This document shows, piece after piece, positions 24,661-37,238 of a stretch of 64,000 nt of DNA (positions within the stretch are counted from its first letter, which is position 1; every line of letters begins with the position of its first letter). A model generated the notes under the pieces. That model was not told the DNA's origin. It saw nothing but the letters and a program-made list of their open reading frames with translations, and ran no database searches. A program made the position numbers and the translations under genes. Origin of the DNA: Carcharhinus longimanus (Eukaryota); contig JASCQW010000099.1 in the NCBI GenBank assembly GCA_030264375.1, forward strand, positions 65,360,087-65,424,086, read 5' to 3'.

Positions 24661-26679
24661 GGATATGTGATATGGTAAAGACAATATTTGTTGCCCACAC
24701 TTGATTTCCTTTGCAAGGTTGGTGGTGAGCTGCCTTGAACCACTGCAGTTCAAGTGCTGTTTGGGAGGAATCTTTGAGGAAGGCTCAGAAAAGACTACAA
24801 TTTCCAGAAATTAGAATATCATTACTGTGACACTCATTAGCACAGAATGATCAGTTGTGTTTGGAGTGTAAGAGTTACCAGTTCAGGGGCCAAAACAGCA
24901 TGGATAGCACCTTTATTTAGGTGCATAAATATAGGCATGATGCCCACTGGAAAAACTATGCATACTGATTTCCAGCCTCAGACGCGAAACTAGTGACATG
25001 TCTACAGCTGGAATTGCATGATTAGTAATGTTTGATATATCATTCACAAAAACTAAACACAGTGGCAACAAATGGAAACATTAGAAAGTTCAATTTGGAG
25101 TGGACACAATAACAGTGCCAGGGTAAAATTGATGTTATGTCCGAGTATCTCTTCAAGCTTTTGATAAACTAAATTACTGTTGAGATTGGGTTAGTGTCAT
25201 ATGTTGAATCATGTGATGTTGTGTAAACTGCAACAAATTGATGAATAATCCTAAGTGTAACTAAATAGCTCTAAGCAGCCTGATAGTTCTGATCTGTTAT
25301 TGGCAGCACTGCTAGAATGTTAACAGTGCCATCTAGCTACCGTAATAGCATCTTTTACAAAAATAAGTTAAATCATTTCTGAAAGGCATTGCAAACAAGG
25401 TCTTTATAACTGTAGGAGGGTCAAACAAAATCTAAGTCTAATTGTCTTGCAGGATTGTTGATGTAAGATAATCCACATGGGTTTTTAAGATAACTGTGCA
25501 TTAAAGGTGCACCAGAGAACTCTGACTTACACAGCAGCAGAAGTCTGCAAGAATGACTGGAAACTAGGCAAGAATCAGGCCTATAAAGTAGATCCTGACC
25601 TACTCCAACAGCTTCCTCAATAATAAAAAAACAGAAAATGCTGGAAATTCTTAGCAGGTTAGTACTTTCAAAAGAGTGAAAACAACTGATTTGTCCTTAA
25701 TGGCACAAATTCCAAAACCCCCGGAAAATCAGTGATGGAGGTAGCAAAAGCCAAGCTTATGGCATAATTGCCAGGAATGCTGGTATGTAAATAATCAAGG
25801 TATAAAGTAGAATCTCAAATACTGGATATTCTAACTAATGCTCAGAATTCACAGCAACAATGGAAACCAAAGACAGAATTCAAGTTAGCAATGAAGGAGG
25901 ACTGACGCCATTTCTAACATTCTGAATTTCCAGTGTTTCTGTATTCTATCTCGAACAGTCTATCTATATGCTGGAAAGTCAGACAGAGAGATTTCAGATG
26001 CGGTTGAGGTCCAAAATGTGCACATTACTTTGAAAGAACATATCATTCGGATATTTCCCTCAATTATTTGTAATCTTTTCCCCTTTAGATCTCCAGTGCT
26101 GTGCTCTTTTTCAGACAAGAACCATACATCACTGACATAATGTGTTCTAAGCACCTGCATCACTATATTTATGCTGCAGGTATTAGGTGCTGAACTGTTG
26201 GAGATAGCGTCAAGTGGCCACTGTGCACAAGTGAGAAAAACAAATGGTGGTAACCGCGGAAGAGCAGATGCCTGCTGGCTAAGGGATCAATTTGTAATTA
26301 TCCTCATCCCCAGCACCTATAAATTCATATCTCACAAGGTTTTTGCATAGAAAGTATTATGATATCTGAGCATGATTACCAATTTGAATCACTTCACAGG
26401 AACTGTTGCAGCAATTTTGTCCATCGTGTCTGCACCAGCTCTCCAAATGAGCAACTCACTTGCCTTCTCCCCTAACATAAACAGCAGAGGCTGTTGTATT
26501 TCTATCATCAAGTTCTCTATGGCAACATTCAAAAAAATGTACTCCCATTGTGGGTAGAACCCCTGATATTAGGGACACAGGTGGAGATTCCTCTGGAGCT
26601 GACACACATGGAATGCATGGTGGCATAGTGGTTAGCACTGCTGCCTCACAGCACCAGGGACCCAGGTTCAATTTAATTC

Positions 26680-26950
26680 CCTTTTGAAAGTCATGTTTGA
26701 ATCTTCTTCCACCACACTATCAGATTGTGCATTCCAGACCTTAATCACTCACTGCATGAAAAATGTTTTTCTGATTACTCTAAATCTGTCCCTGTCATTC
26801 TCGATCCTTTCATGAGTAGAACGAATTTTTTCCTGTCTACTTGTCCAGACCCCTCATGATCTTGAATACTTCTATCAGATCTCCTCTCTGTCTTCACCAA
26901 GTAAAACAATCTCTTCTCCAATCTATCTTAGTGACTGAAGTTCCTAAATC
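26680..26950 (-). mobile_element. CR1 LINE 3' fragment
   Basis: Reverse complement RGDLIEVFKIMRGLD motif. Confidence 0.7.
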
Positions 26951-27074
26951 CTTCAGGGATTTTCCAAAATATTCTGCAAGGTTTGTCTGAGGTGGATAGA
27001 AGCCCTCTAGCTCCAGATTTGCAGTGATGCAGAAAGCATTTTCTCCAACGTATTCTACCACGGGGGTAGCATCA

Positions 27075-27364
27075 TTGCGCAGAAGGTGCCCATTCAGCTC
27101 ATCAAGTCTGCACTGACCACAATCCGATCCAGGCCCTATTCCCGCAACGTCAGATATTTACTCTGATAATCCCCTGACACGAGGGTCAATTTAACCTAAC
27201 CCACACATCTTTGGATTATGAGAGGAAACTGGAGCACCAGGTGGAAACTCACGCACAGATACAGGGAGATTGCGCAAACTTCACACAGATAGTAACCTGA
27301 GGTCGGAATTGAAACCACATCACTGGTACTGTGAGGCAGCAGTGCTAACCACTGTACCACAGTG
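27075..27364 (-). mobile_element. HE1-type SINE
   Basis: Reverse complement head GTGGTACAGTGGTTAGCACTGCTGCCTCACAG, core and tail. Confidence 0.85.
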
Positions 27365-28606
27365 CCATCTATGTGTGCCAGCTCCAGAGAAATCGCCACC
27401 AGTGTCCCTAATATCAGGGGTTCTACACATAATGGGAATATATTTTTTTGAATGTTGCTATAGAGAACTTGGTGTGAAACATCCAGCAGCCTTTGCTGTT
27501 TATGTTAGGGGATTGAATGGCAGGAACTACATAATAGGGCTTTACTGACCTTATTGCTGTGCTAAGGTTTAACCTTCCGAGGAGATCAGTTGATGTAAAG
27601 GAGCATGGCTGATGAAGATAAGAATGAAACTGATGTCTCAGAGCACCAAGCTTATCCAGCCTGTAACTCAGGGCTCCACCTCCAATCAATTGACATTACA
27701 AGCATGCATGACAATCACTGCTATAAAAGGAGAGAAGTGCCATTTTGCAGTCCCACAGGGGAATGCTAAGGGTCTGCATAAATGCATTGATGCCATGGAG
27801 GAAGGAAGAAATAGGAGAAGTGCCTGTGATACTTTAATTGCTAACACGTTCCAGGAAGAGTAAGGTTAAGTCCACAAGGCCATTTCCTATCATCTCAGGA
27901 TGTCCAACTAAACAATGAGAAAACACTCACATTTCTTCATTCTGTCCTGATGAATCACTAGGATATGATCTCAGCTTTGCAGTGCCATGCAAATATGCTC
28001 ACACTGGAAAGAGAGTCCACTGAGGAACAAAAGTGATGTGAAAGAAGACTTGGTATTTTGCTGCTATTACAAGCTTCGAATACTGCTGTGGCTGAAGTGA
28101 GGAAATGTCTAGAGATCTCATCCAAAAGTACATGTCTTGTGTTCTGACACTACCACTGAGGAGACAGAAATGCCAATATAGTATCTGTGCTGATGAGCTT
28201 CCCTCATTCAATGGTATTCCTTGAGGAAAAAGATTTTGAAATGCTTATATCATAATAAAGATTTAAACACATCTCCCTGACCCACAAGGCATAGAAGGTG
28301 TTCAGCTGAGATTGACATCACAGGAATATTAATCAGAGTGGGAAACTGTCACTGATTGGGAGAGTGGTGAAACCTTGACATAAGAGGATTCCAATGTACA
28401 AATTCACAATGCCTTCAGTTGACCAGAACGTTCACAGACCTATCAAATGTATTCACAAAAGTGCAATTTATTTACAGTGACAGCACACCTGTGAACCATA
28501 GGTGATATCAATTTTTTTAATGTTTCTTATCCTACCACTACACCTAGGTGCAGCCCCAACATACGCAGCAGAGGCTGAGGTAGTCTACTGACTGTTACAT
28601 CCTGAT

Positions 28607-28871
28607 GTGGCACAGTGGTTAGCACTGCTGCCTCACAGCACCAGGGATCCATGTTCAATTCCGGCTTTGCTCGTTCTCCCCGTGTCTGCATGGGTTACGT
28701 CCACATGGTCTGGTTCCCTCCCAAAGATGTGTGGGGTAAGTTGATTGGCAATGTTAAAATTGCCACTTAGTGTCAGGGAGACTAGCAGGGTAAATGTGTG
28801 GAATTATGGGGTTAGGGCCTGGGTGGGATTGGTGTCGGTGCAGGCTTGATGGACCAAATGGTCCCCTTCTG
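28607..28871 (+). mobile_element. HE1-type SINE running into an assembly gap
   Basis: GTGGCACAGTGGTTAGCACTGCTGCCTCACAGCACCAGGG head; tail truncated by Ns. Confidence 0.85.
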
Positions 28872-28971
28872 NNNNNNNNNNNNNNNNNNNNNNNNNNNNN
28901 NNNNNNNNNNNNNNNNNNNNNNNNNNNNNNNNNNNNNNNNNNNNNNNNNNNNNNNNNNNNNNNNNNNNNNN

Positions 28972-29082
28972 AGTGGAACTGAGCCACTTCAGATCAGCCA
29001 TGATCTTATTGAACGGCGGGGCAGGCTCGAAGGGCTAGATGGCCTACTACTGCTCCTATTTCTTATGTCCTTACGTTCTTAT
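28972..29082 (+). mobile_element. Young CR1/HER1 LINE 3' end
   Basis: GATCAGCCATGATCTTATTGAA...GGCCTACTACTGCTCCTATTTCTTATG tail, near-identical to 53944-54016 (-) and 55730-55803 (+). Confidence 0.85.
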
Positions 29083-29326
29083 GACAGGGTGAATATGAAG
29101 TTTTTTTTAACAAACAGGCTTTTTGCTGCTATTAAATTGGTAAAAATGTGAGTACACAACAGACAATTTTGGAGATGGGGTTTATTTCAATAAAAGTATT
29201 GTAGATACTCTCCCATTGCCTTCAGAGTATCTGTTTCGTTGTTCTTCCAATATGTCAATGGGTAGCTGTGTTCTTATCTGCTGTCAGAAGAGTTACAATT
29301 TTGTTAAATTATATTTCTATTTCTAG

Positions 29327-29410
29327 CCTTCGAGAAAATTCTATTGGCCTCAATGGTGCAAGGGAAATTGCGAATGCATTGCGTGTGAACAAGGTGCTCA
29401 GGGCATTGGA
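29327..29410 (+). CDS. NLRC3: NLRC3 LRR exon (84 bp, phase 2-2): LRENSIGLNGAREIANALRVNKVLRAL(D)
   Basis: ttctag acceptor, gtaagt donor, one 28-aa RI-type LRR; matches recalled human NLRC3 LRENSISPEGAQAIAHALCANSTLKNLD. Confidence 0.93.
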
Positions 29411-30483
29411 GTAAGTCTGCTCAAATAAAAAAAACTTATTGTTTTCAAAGGGCAGCGTTAAGTTGTTCTCATGGATTGTACTGAGTTATTAATAGAATGT
29501 GGGCCCTTTAAACCTATCATTTGGAAGTACTTTCCTCCTTCGAAAGAACTTTGTATCTTAGAGGGGTTATGATTCATGCTGAATTGGCCCAGCTCCTAAA
29601 TACAACAACTTATGTCACTCTGTCAAGAATAACACATGTTGGAAATAATTTACCTCTGCGTATATTGCTGATGTTATCAGAAATACTCTGACTGAAAGCA
29701 ATTCTGGGTGCTGCCCTTGAATATTTGTTTAAATATCAAGTGTTGTTTAAGATACACACAGAGGGGATTAGCTCTGTGTCAAGGTTTCTGCCCAGCTTTA
29801 ACTATTATCTGAGTAAGTGGTAAAAACAGGTGAAAGTGAGGGTGTGAAGCACCAGCAATGGCCCAAGTACAAGTTTAATATTGTGCACCCATCTCCTGAT
29901 GAGAGCAGTGTGATACAGTAGCTGGTGGATAGGTTCTGCAATCCAGAGTTTATAAATCCAAATCCCACTAGAGCTAGTTATGAAATTGCATTAGAAGTCT
30001 GGCAATTAATGGTATACAAACTATCAAATTGTTGTAAAAACTCAACTAGTTCACAGACATCCTTCAGGGAAGGAAATGTGCTCCGACTAGTCTACATGTG
30101 ACTGCAGTCCCACACTGAAGTCACCAAGTAACAAACAATTATACACAATAACCACTGGCAATTGGGAAATAAATGTAGCTTTGCCAGCATTGTCCAGCAG
30201 AAGCCTTCAGGAGCACAGCCATCACCTGATACAGCATGTACAGAAACATGTTTTACAAAGCAAAATATTGTGAATGGAAATTTGAAATAAAAACAGAAAC
30301 TGCTGCAAATATATAGCAAAGGGGGAGAAACACAGAGTTGATATTTTAGATCAATGCCCTTTAGTGAAAAAGATTTTTAACTTCATTGCAATGTAAGATT
30401 TCACAGTCCCATCCTGAGAACACCTTCAGGCCGACACTGTTTTTAATATAAGAGTTGCTGGATGTTCTGTTTCTCATTCTCAG

Positions 30484-30567
30484 TTTAACAGCAAACTTGT
30501 TACATGACGAAGGAACAGCAGCCATTGCTTCAGCTATCCGAGAGAATCAAACCCTCAAATCTCTGCA
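30484..30567 (+). CDS. NLRC3: NLRC3 LRR exon (84 bp): LTANLLHDEGTAAIASAIRENQTLKSL(H)
   Basis: tctcag acceptor, gtaagt donor; matches recalled human LTANLLHDQGARAIAVAVRENRTLTSLH. Confidence 0.95.
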
Positions 30568-30732
30568 GTAAGTACATTGATTGTGCTCCACTTTTTTCTA
30601 TCTCTACCTCATTGGATCCTATCCATGCTGCAGCACAATCTTAGCCCAAATCCCAAATCACATGGCTTTTCTGTTCTTGACTCAGATACTGACATGCCGC
30701 ACCCCCCGCAACCGCCCCCCCCACCCCCTCAC

Positions 30733-30885
30733 ATTGTTGTCAGTGCAGTCTAAATACATCAATTGATTAGATTTATTATTGTCATATGTATTATTATACA
30801 GTGAAAAGTATCGTTTCTTGCACACTACACAGACAAAGCGTACTGTTTATAGAGAAGGAAAGGAGAGAATGGAGAATGACGTGTT
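30733..30885 (+). repeat. 153-bp local duplicate of 32004-32156 (SINE/Rex1 junction)
   Basis: Near-identical sequence with about four substitutions. Confidence 0.9.
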
Positions 30886-31004
30886 GGTTTGGCTCCTGCT
30901 CTGACCAGTGTTGAACAATGAAGAAATGGGAAGAACATACATGGGAATTGCAAACACTCAATACCATAACTATATTGAAATTTAACATGAGATTGAAGTT
31001 CCCA

Positions 31005-31290
31005 TTAACTGGCAGTGCGAGTGTGGTGTATTAATAGTAAGCAGGGTATGTGTAGAGTTAATGGGAATGAGAGTTTGGAGAGATTGTGTTAATGACAGAG
31101 TGAGTGCGTTAATAGCAGAATGAATGTGTTACTGGCAGAGTGAGTGTGTTAATGACAGAGTGAGTGTGTTGCTGGCAGAGTGAGTGTGTTAATGACAGAG
31201 TGAGTGTTCTCATGGCAGTGAGTGTGGAGTGAGTATGATAACGGCAGAGTGTGAAATGAGTGTGTTAATGGCAGAGTGAGTGGAGTGGGT
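31005..31290 (+). repeat. Degenerate ~20-bp minisatellite (GTGTTAATG(A/G)CAGAGTGAGT)n
   Basis: About ten imperfect units visible. Confidence 0.85.
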
Positions 31291-31603
31291 GTCTAACAAC
31301 AATGCGATCGAATTAATCTTCACTGATTAAGATATTTCTGCTGCTTATTGTGTTGTTAAATTTCAGCAGATAATACAAAATAATGGATACAAATTTGCAT
31401 TCATTTTGAATGAGTGGTCATATTTACCTCTGAAAAAATAGTAAAGTTGGAGACCAAACCCAGTGCCCCACAGCCAGTGATGGCTGTAAAGGTTTGAATA
31501 AGATCAATTTAAATTATTGAACCATGCTCTTGAAATAGCTGCAGTATATGGATGTGAGAGGTGATGGGCATTAACCATTTAATGTCTATGTTCTCTTTTA
31601 CAG

Positions 31604-31687
31604 TCTTCAGTGGAACTTTATTAGTTCAGAAGCTGCAAAAGCTTTAGCTCAAGCACTACAGTCCAATCACAGCATCACCAGTCTTGA
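31604..31687 (+). CDS. NLRC3: NLRC3 LRR exon (84 bp): LQWNFISSEAAKALAQALQSNHSITSL(D/E)
   Basis: ttacag acceptor, gtaagt donor; matches recalled human LQWNFIQAGAAQALGQALQLNRSLTSLD. Confidence 0.95.
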
Positions 31688-31743
31688 GTAAGTCTCTGTC
31701 TCCTTAGCTGCCAACTGCATTTTATTTACTGCTGCACCTCCAC

Positions 31744-32022
31744 GGCAACACAATGGCACAGTGGTTAGCACTGCTGCCTCACGACGCCAGGGACCCAGGT
31801 TTGATCCTGGACTTAGGTGACACTCTGTGTGGAGTTTGCACGTTCTCCCCATGTTTGCATAGGTTTCCTCCAAGTCCTCTGGTTTCCTCCCACAGTTCAA
31901 AAATGTGTGGGTAATGTTAATTGACCATGCTAAGTTGCCCCTTAATGTCAAGGAGTCAGCAGGATAAATACGTGGTGTAATAGGCATAGGGCCTGGGGTT
32001 GGAATTGTTGTCAGTGCAGTCT
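31744..32022 (+). mobile_element. HE1-type SINE truncated by a Rex1 insertion
   Basis: Head and core intact; stops at GTGCAGTCTCAAT where the LINE tail begins. Confidence 0.85.
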
Positions 32023-32032
32023 CAATACATCA

Positions 32033-33262
32033 ATTGATTAGATTTATTATTGTCATATGTATTATTATACAGTGAAAAGTATCACTTCTTGCACACTACA
32101 CAGACAAAGCATACCGTTTATAGAGAAGGAAAGGAGAGAATGGAGAATGACGTGTTACAGTTATGGCTAGGGTGTAGAGAAAGATCAACTTAATGCAAAG
32201 TTGGTCCATTCAAAAGTCTGATGGCAGCAGGGAAGAAGCTGTTTTTGAGTCAGTTGGTATGTGATCTCAGACTTTTGTATCTTTTTCCCAATGGAAGAAG
32301 ATGGAAGAGAGCATGTCCAGGACACTTGAGGTCCTTGATTACGTTAGCTGCTTTCCAAGGCAGCAGGAAGTATAGACAGTGTCAATGGATGGGAGGCTGT
32401 TTTGAGTGATTGACTGGGCTTCATTCACAATCTTCTGTAGTTTCTTGTAGTCTTGGACAGAGCAGGAGTCATACCAAGCTGTGATGCAACTGGAAAGAAT
32501 ACTTTCTAAGGTGCATCTGTAGACGTTGGTGAGAGTAGTAACAGACATGCCAAATTTCCTTAGTCTCCTGAGAAAGTAGAAGTTTGTTGGGCTTTCTTAA
32601 CAATAATGTCTACATGAAGAGACAGGACATGTTGTTAGTGATCTGGACACCACAAACTTGAAGCTTTCAAGCATTTCTGCTTCATCCCTATTGACGTAGA
32701 CAGGGGCATGCCCTCCACTATGCTTCCTGAAGTTGATGACCATCTCCTTCATTTTCTTGACATTGAGGGAGAGATTATTGTCATCAACCAGAGGGGAATT
32801 TGGCCATCCAGTCAAAGATGCCTAAAGAGTATAGTAAGGGGCTGAGGACCAATCTTGTGGAGTACCGGTGTTGAGGATGATCGTGGTGGAGTGTTGTTGC
32901 CTATCCTTACTGACTGCAGTCTGTGGGTTAGGATGTCTAGGATCCAACTGCAGAGGGAAGAGCTGAGCCTCAGGCCACGAAGTTTGGAGATGAGTCTCAT
33001 AGGAATAATGATGTTACAGTCTGAGCTGTAGTCTATGAATAGGAGTCTGACATAGGTGTCTTTATTATCTAGGTGTTCCAGGGATGAGTGCAGGGCCAGA
33101 GAGGTGACATCTGCTGTGGACCTGTTGCAGCGATAGGCAAACAGTAGTGGATCCAGGCAGTCTGACAGGCAGCAATTGATTTGTGCCATGACTCATATAA
33201 CCTCTCAAAGCACTTCACACTGATGGATGTCAGAGCCCTCGGTTGCTTGGCTTTTCTTTGGT
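32033..33262 (-). mobile_element. Rex1/Babar-type LINE, RT domain to 3' end
   Basis: [15 protein letters not shown]...[70 protein letters not shown]. Confidence 0.92.
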
Positions 33263-34432
33263 GTTGGACAGATGTTTAAATATGGCACTCAGAGTTCCAA
33301 TACCCCATCTAATGGCGAGCAGACAAATCAGCTTCCAACCCACCAGCTGATTCAGTCTGATACTCACCAGTGCCTCATTAATGAACTTCCAAGCATGGAA
33401 TCAGCCACAATGTTCTCACCATTCCAGTCAGCAGAAAGAGCACTGCCAGAGTCATATGCCACTACATTTCGTCACAAAAATTGAAAATTCTGCTCATTTA
33501 CTCAGCAAAGGTCTGTTTTGAAAAACTGACCTGGAGTGTTTACTTTGCTTGATTGATATCCTTATGAGGTTATAAAAAGTTATTCTTCCTGTGGCTTTTT
33601 TGTTAATGTCTATGTTTGTCTGGACAAGATTAAAAGTGTTCAATGGGTAAAGCTTGTGTTATTGATACTAAAATGGCTTGATCTGATTGACACTTTTGTA
33701 GTGTTTTTTCAAAGCGGATTTCTGAATTGCTGTTTTCTTCTTCTTCAGCAATTCAACATTCACCGTGTTATTATTTGGCTCATTGGTTCTATACATAGTG
33801 CATACTGGGTGAATGGGCATGGGGGCATCAAGGTGGCATGGAAAGTGGGTGGCAGGTGAGAGTGTGTGAGTGACCTAAGTGTTTTTAATACAACAGAGAC
33901 AAAATCTCCAAACATTTATGTTGGGCGTTGTCACCAGCCCAGATCAGTACTTGCCCTTCCCATCACTACCTATGATCTACTTCTGGGGTTGGTGAGTCCA
34001 ACACTATTGCACCCCCATCTCGCTGAAGTAAAGATTGTGTATAACAGGACTCTATCAAGCTGTGTCTGCCATGTGGGGAAGTTTTGTTAATGAAAATCCA
34101 GTCAGACTTCTGATTCGGATAATTAAAATAATGACAAGAATCACATTTGTGTTTTGGTTCACTGCAGAGTGCGCATGTGGATAGGGCCATTAGCTGATTT
34201 GGTGTGTGAGGATCTACTGCAAATTTGTTTTATTCACTGCACTTGTTTTTAGTGCTCTGCTCTGGTCTTACCTGAAGGTGGCGGTCCTGATCCATGGTAA
34301 GGCCTATTTGGATATGTGGCGCATGCAACAAGTCAGCAAAGTTATTAGAGATCCTAATGTAGCTATACTGATTTTTAAAGGCATCTGAAATGAGGATGTT
34401 TTCATTAGCCTCATTGTACCTGTCCTCATTTT

Positions 34433-34525
34433 CTTACAACACCAGGTTAAAGTTCAACATTAATCTGGTGTTGTGAGACTTCTTACTGTGCTTACCCCAG
34501 TCCAACACCAGTATCTCCACTTCAT
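34433..34525 (-). mobile_element. Minimal Penelope-like terminal hairpin with 12-bp TSD
   Basis: ACAACACCAGGTTAA...TTAATCTGGTGTTGT inverted repeat; TCATTTTCTTAC at 34426-34437 and 34522-34533. Confidence 0.7.
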
Positions 34526-36249
34526 TTTCTTACCAGAGTGCCATTACTCAGGGTTACGTGGGCAGAGATTCTAGTCACGCACCTGTTAATTAGATGTTAA
34601 GGTGTGTAAATGCATGCTATGTCTGTTGCGTTGATTTTCAGCGTGGATCCATCAACGCCAAAAAATTTAGGATGCAAGATGTGCAGAGGCCCAGATGCCC
34701 AGCGTGAATCGGTCACCACTCAAATCTCTCAGTGCGCTGCATTAAAAGGTCAATGCAGTGGGGTGGGAGAATTGCCCCCATTGTTTTTGAATTAGGAAGC
34801 TGATTAAGGTAAATATTCTGTAAATGAAATATCAGTAACTTTTATTGCAGATGGGCCCTGTGATAACTTGCAGAGATGTAAAACTTGAGAACAGAGATAA
34901 CATTGACTGTCAGTGTGATCAATGTTGCCTCATTACAAAAAAAAAGTTCCCTAGAGAGCCTGAAACTGCAAAGATAATTTCCCCTTGGAAATATATTTGC
35001 GTGTTATTCCCCTTGGCCAGCTTTAAAAAGCGTATGGAGAGAGAAAACACATTGCCACAAATATTTTAGGAAATATAATCTGCAACCAAATGCAGCAAAG
35101 TACTTCAAAGGAATTACTTCCTCCAAGGTTGCACAATGACTAGCTTTTAAGGGCCCATTGCATACAGTTAGGAAAGATTATTTAAGATGGCATTGTTAAA
35201 TTGGATGTAGACCTGGTTTTCCTGAATATAATCAGAGGCTTAGGTAAGGTCCCTTATCTGTAAGAAGCAAAGAACCTAACTCCTATTTTAAAACTGATTA
35301 CCTACAGTGGCTACATGCTCATAATTCATTTTCTGTCTGTCAAATCGGAAAGAGCCGCCTGTTTAGCATTCAAAAAGAGCACCATGCCACCTAATTTCTA
35401 AGCCATTACTACAGGAAGAGTTAATATAATGAGGAAAATGAAAGGACTCAATACAAGAGGAATGAAAAGCTACACAGCTCAACAAACTCATGCAATGACT
35501 CAAAAATCAAGAAATGAATTAAATTGTAGAACTGACTTGAAATCATCTGATGTTCACCATTCAGGCTGCCTCCTTCTATATTGGAGATGCCATTTAAACA
35601 GGGAGATTCCTCATTGTTTTCAAATCAGATACATATGTGAACAATACTGAAGCACTAATCTGTCAAGCATAACCCAATTCTGACAATTTCGACGATTATC
35701 CTTTTGAGAACATGTCACATGGAACAAATTTAAACCAAAAATAGGCTACTTAGTATGTGAAATTTTATCAGGGTTTATTGTCAATCATCATCGTTACTTT
35801 TATAATAGAACTCCTACTTAAGAAATGATCCACAGATTTGACTTTCTGGTGATATTTAAGTTATAATTAATATGTTTGACATTTTACTACTGATTACATT
35901 ACAGTGGACTGATTGCCATCTTCTTAAATTATCTCAAGGCTGTCAGGTTATTTGACTAAATATTTTGCAAAGACTGACATAGGTATAGAATCTCACTCTC
36001 CAATATCCTCTTTGTATTCCTGATGTTATCAAACTGGCACATTTCTTCTGAGGAGTGACAGTAAATTTTGCAAGGTTTTTGTAAACTCAAAGAGTGTTCT
36101 CTGTCCTAGAATAGAATCAGAGATCATAGCACGTTAATAACACATTAGGAAGCCATTCAGCCCTTAGTGCCTGTGCCAGTCCAAAGGTCAGATGTACCAC
36201 ATTTGAGAGCAACTATTAGAATTTGCAAAAGCTAAGGACAGTCTGCAAT

Positions 36250-36880
36250 TGCTCTAGTATGAAATGCCATTGACTCAGTATTTGCTTAAACTAACAGGGA
36301 GGCAGTGGCAAACTCAGCCATGTCGACCCTGCTAAGTCCTCCTTATTAACTAATCTGTGGGCTTGTGACACATTTGGGAGAGCTGTCTCACAGACTTGTC
36401 AAGCAGCAGCCTGACATAATTATACGTACAGAATGATATCTTACAGATAATATCCCAGACATCATCATCCGTGGGCATAACCTGTTCCATTGGTCGGACA
36501 GACTGGAGTATAGTTGGGAGGGAGTTGACCTGGGAGCCCTTGACATTGACTCCAGATCCCATAATGTTTCACAGCATCAAGTCAAACATGGGCAAAGAAA
36601 CCACGTACTACCATCTCCTAACCTTCTTCAGAAGATGACTCAGTACTCCTCCATGTTGGAGGAAGCACAAAGGACAGGATACTCAATGTCCATCACCAAG
36701 AGTATCTTGGTAGCACAAGTACAGTCCTAAGGGACTCAGTCAGACTAGGTGTATGGAACATGATGAAGGAATCAACAAGATGTAAAAATATACTTGATTT
36801 TGTCCTCATCTGTGTGCCTGCCGTAGATGCCTCTGTCCATGACAGTATTGTTAGGAGTGAGCACACACAATCCTGCTGGA
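36250..36880 (+). mobile_element. CR1-group LINE endonuclease fragment
   Basis: GLVTHLGELSHRLVKQQPDIIIRTE, HQVKHGQRNH, NVHHQEYLGST, PTR-like/ILDFVL motifs. Confidence 0.7.
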
Positions 36881-36988
36881 GATCTTTCTTTTAATTTATA
36901 TTTTTGTATACTAGATTCCTAGTGAATCTACATTTTATGTTTTCTAATGCCTCAACATCTTCCTTATTATATGGAACTCAATACTGCA

Positions 36989-37238
36989 GTGGCACAGTGG
37001 GGTTAGCACTGCTGCCTTACAGCACCAGGGATTCCCGGCTTGCGTCACTGTCTGTGCGGAGACTGCATGTTCTTCCCATGTCTGTATGGGTTTCCTCCGG
37101 ATGCTCCGGTTTCATCCCATAATCCGAAAGATGTTCTGGTTAGGTGCATTAGCCATGCTTTATTCTCACTCAGTGTTCCTGAACAGGCGGCTAGGGGATT
37201 TTCACATTAACTTCATTGCAGTTGTGACACTAATAAAT
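36989..37238 (+). mobile_element. HE1-related SINE
   Basis: GTGGCACAGTGGGGTTAGCACTG head; GCTAGGGGATTTTCACA...GTGACACTAATAAA tail. Confidence 0.8.

Larger units (their letters stand above)
26468..27512. repeat. Inverted duplication, ~205-bp arms (26468-26673 and 27307-27512)
   Basis: Arms are reverse complements (roughly 80% identical by eye) and include non-SINE flank plus the SINE head. Confidence 0.85.

Noticed and set aside
25322-25340. Second CTCF-like motif (TAGATGGCACTG on - strand)
   Set aside because: Lacks the 5' CCAC/CCAG half of the core.
26089-26179. + strand exon-like segment ISSAVLFFRQEPYITDIMCSKHLHHYIYAA
   Set aside because: Weak donor (gtatta), not an 84-bp LRR, no similarity to NLRC3.
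27860-28480. Possible further Harbinger transposase fragment
   Set aside because: Too degenerate to support with clear motifs.
31005-31290. Regular ~20-bp repeats superficially like a CRISPR array
   Set aside because: No unique spacers, eukaryotic intron; ordinary minisatellite.
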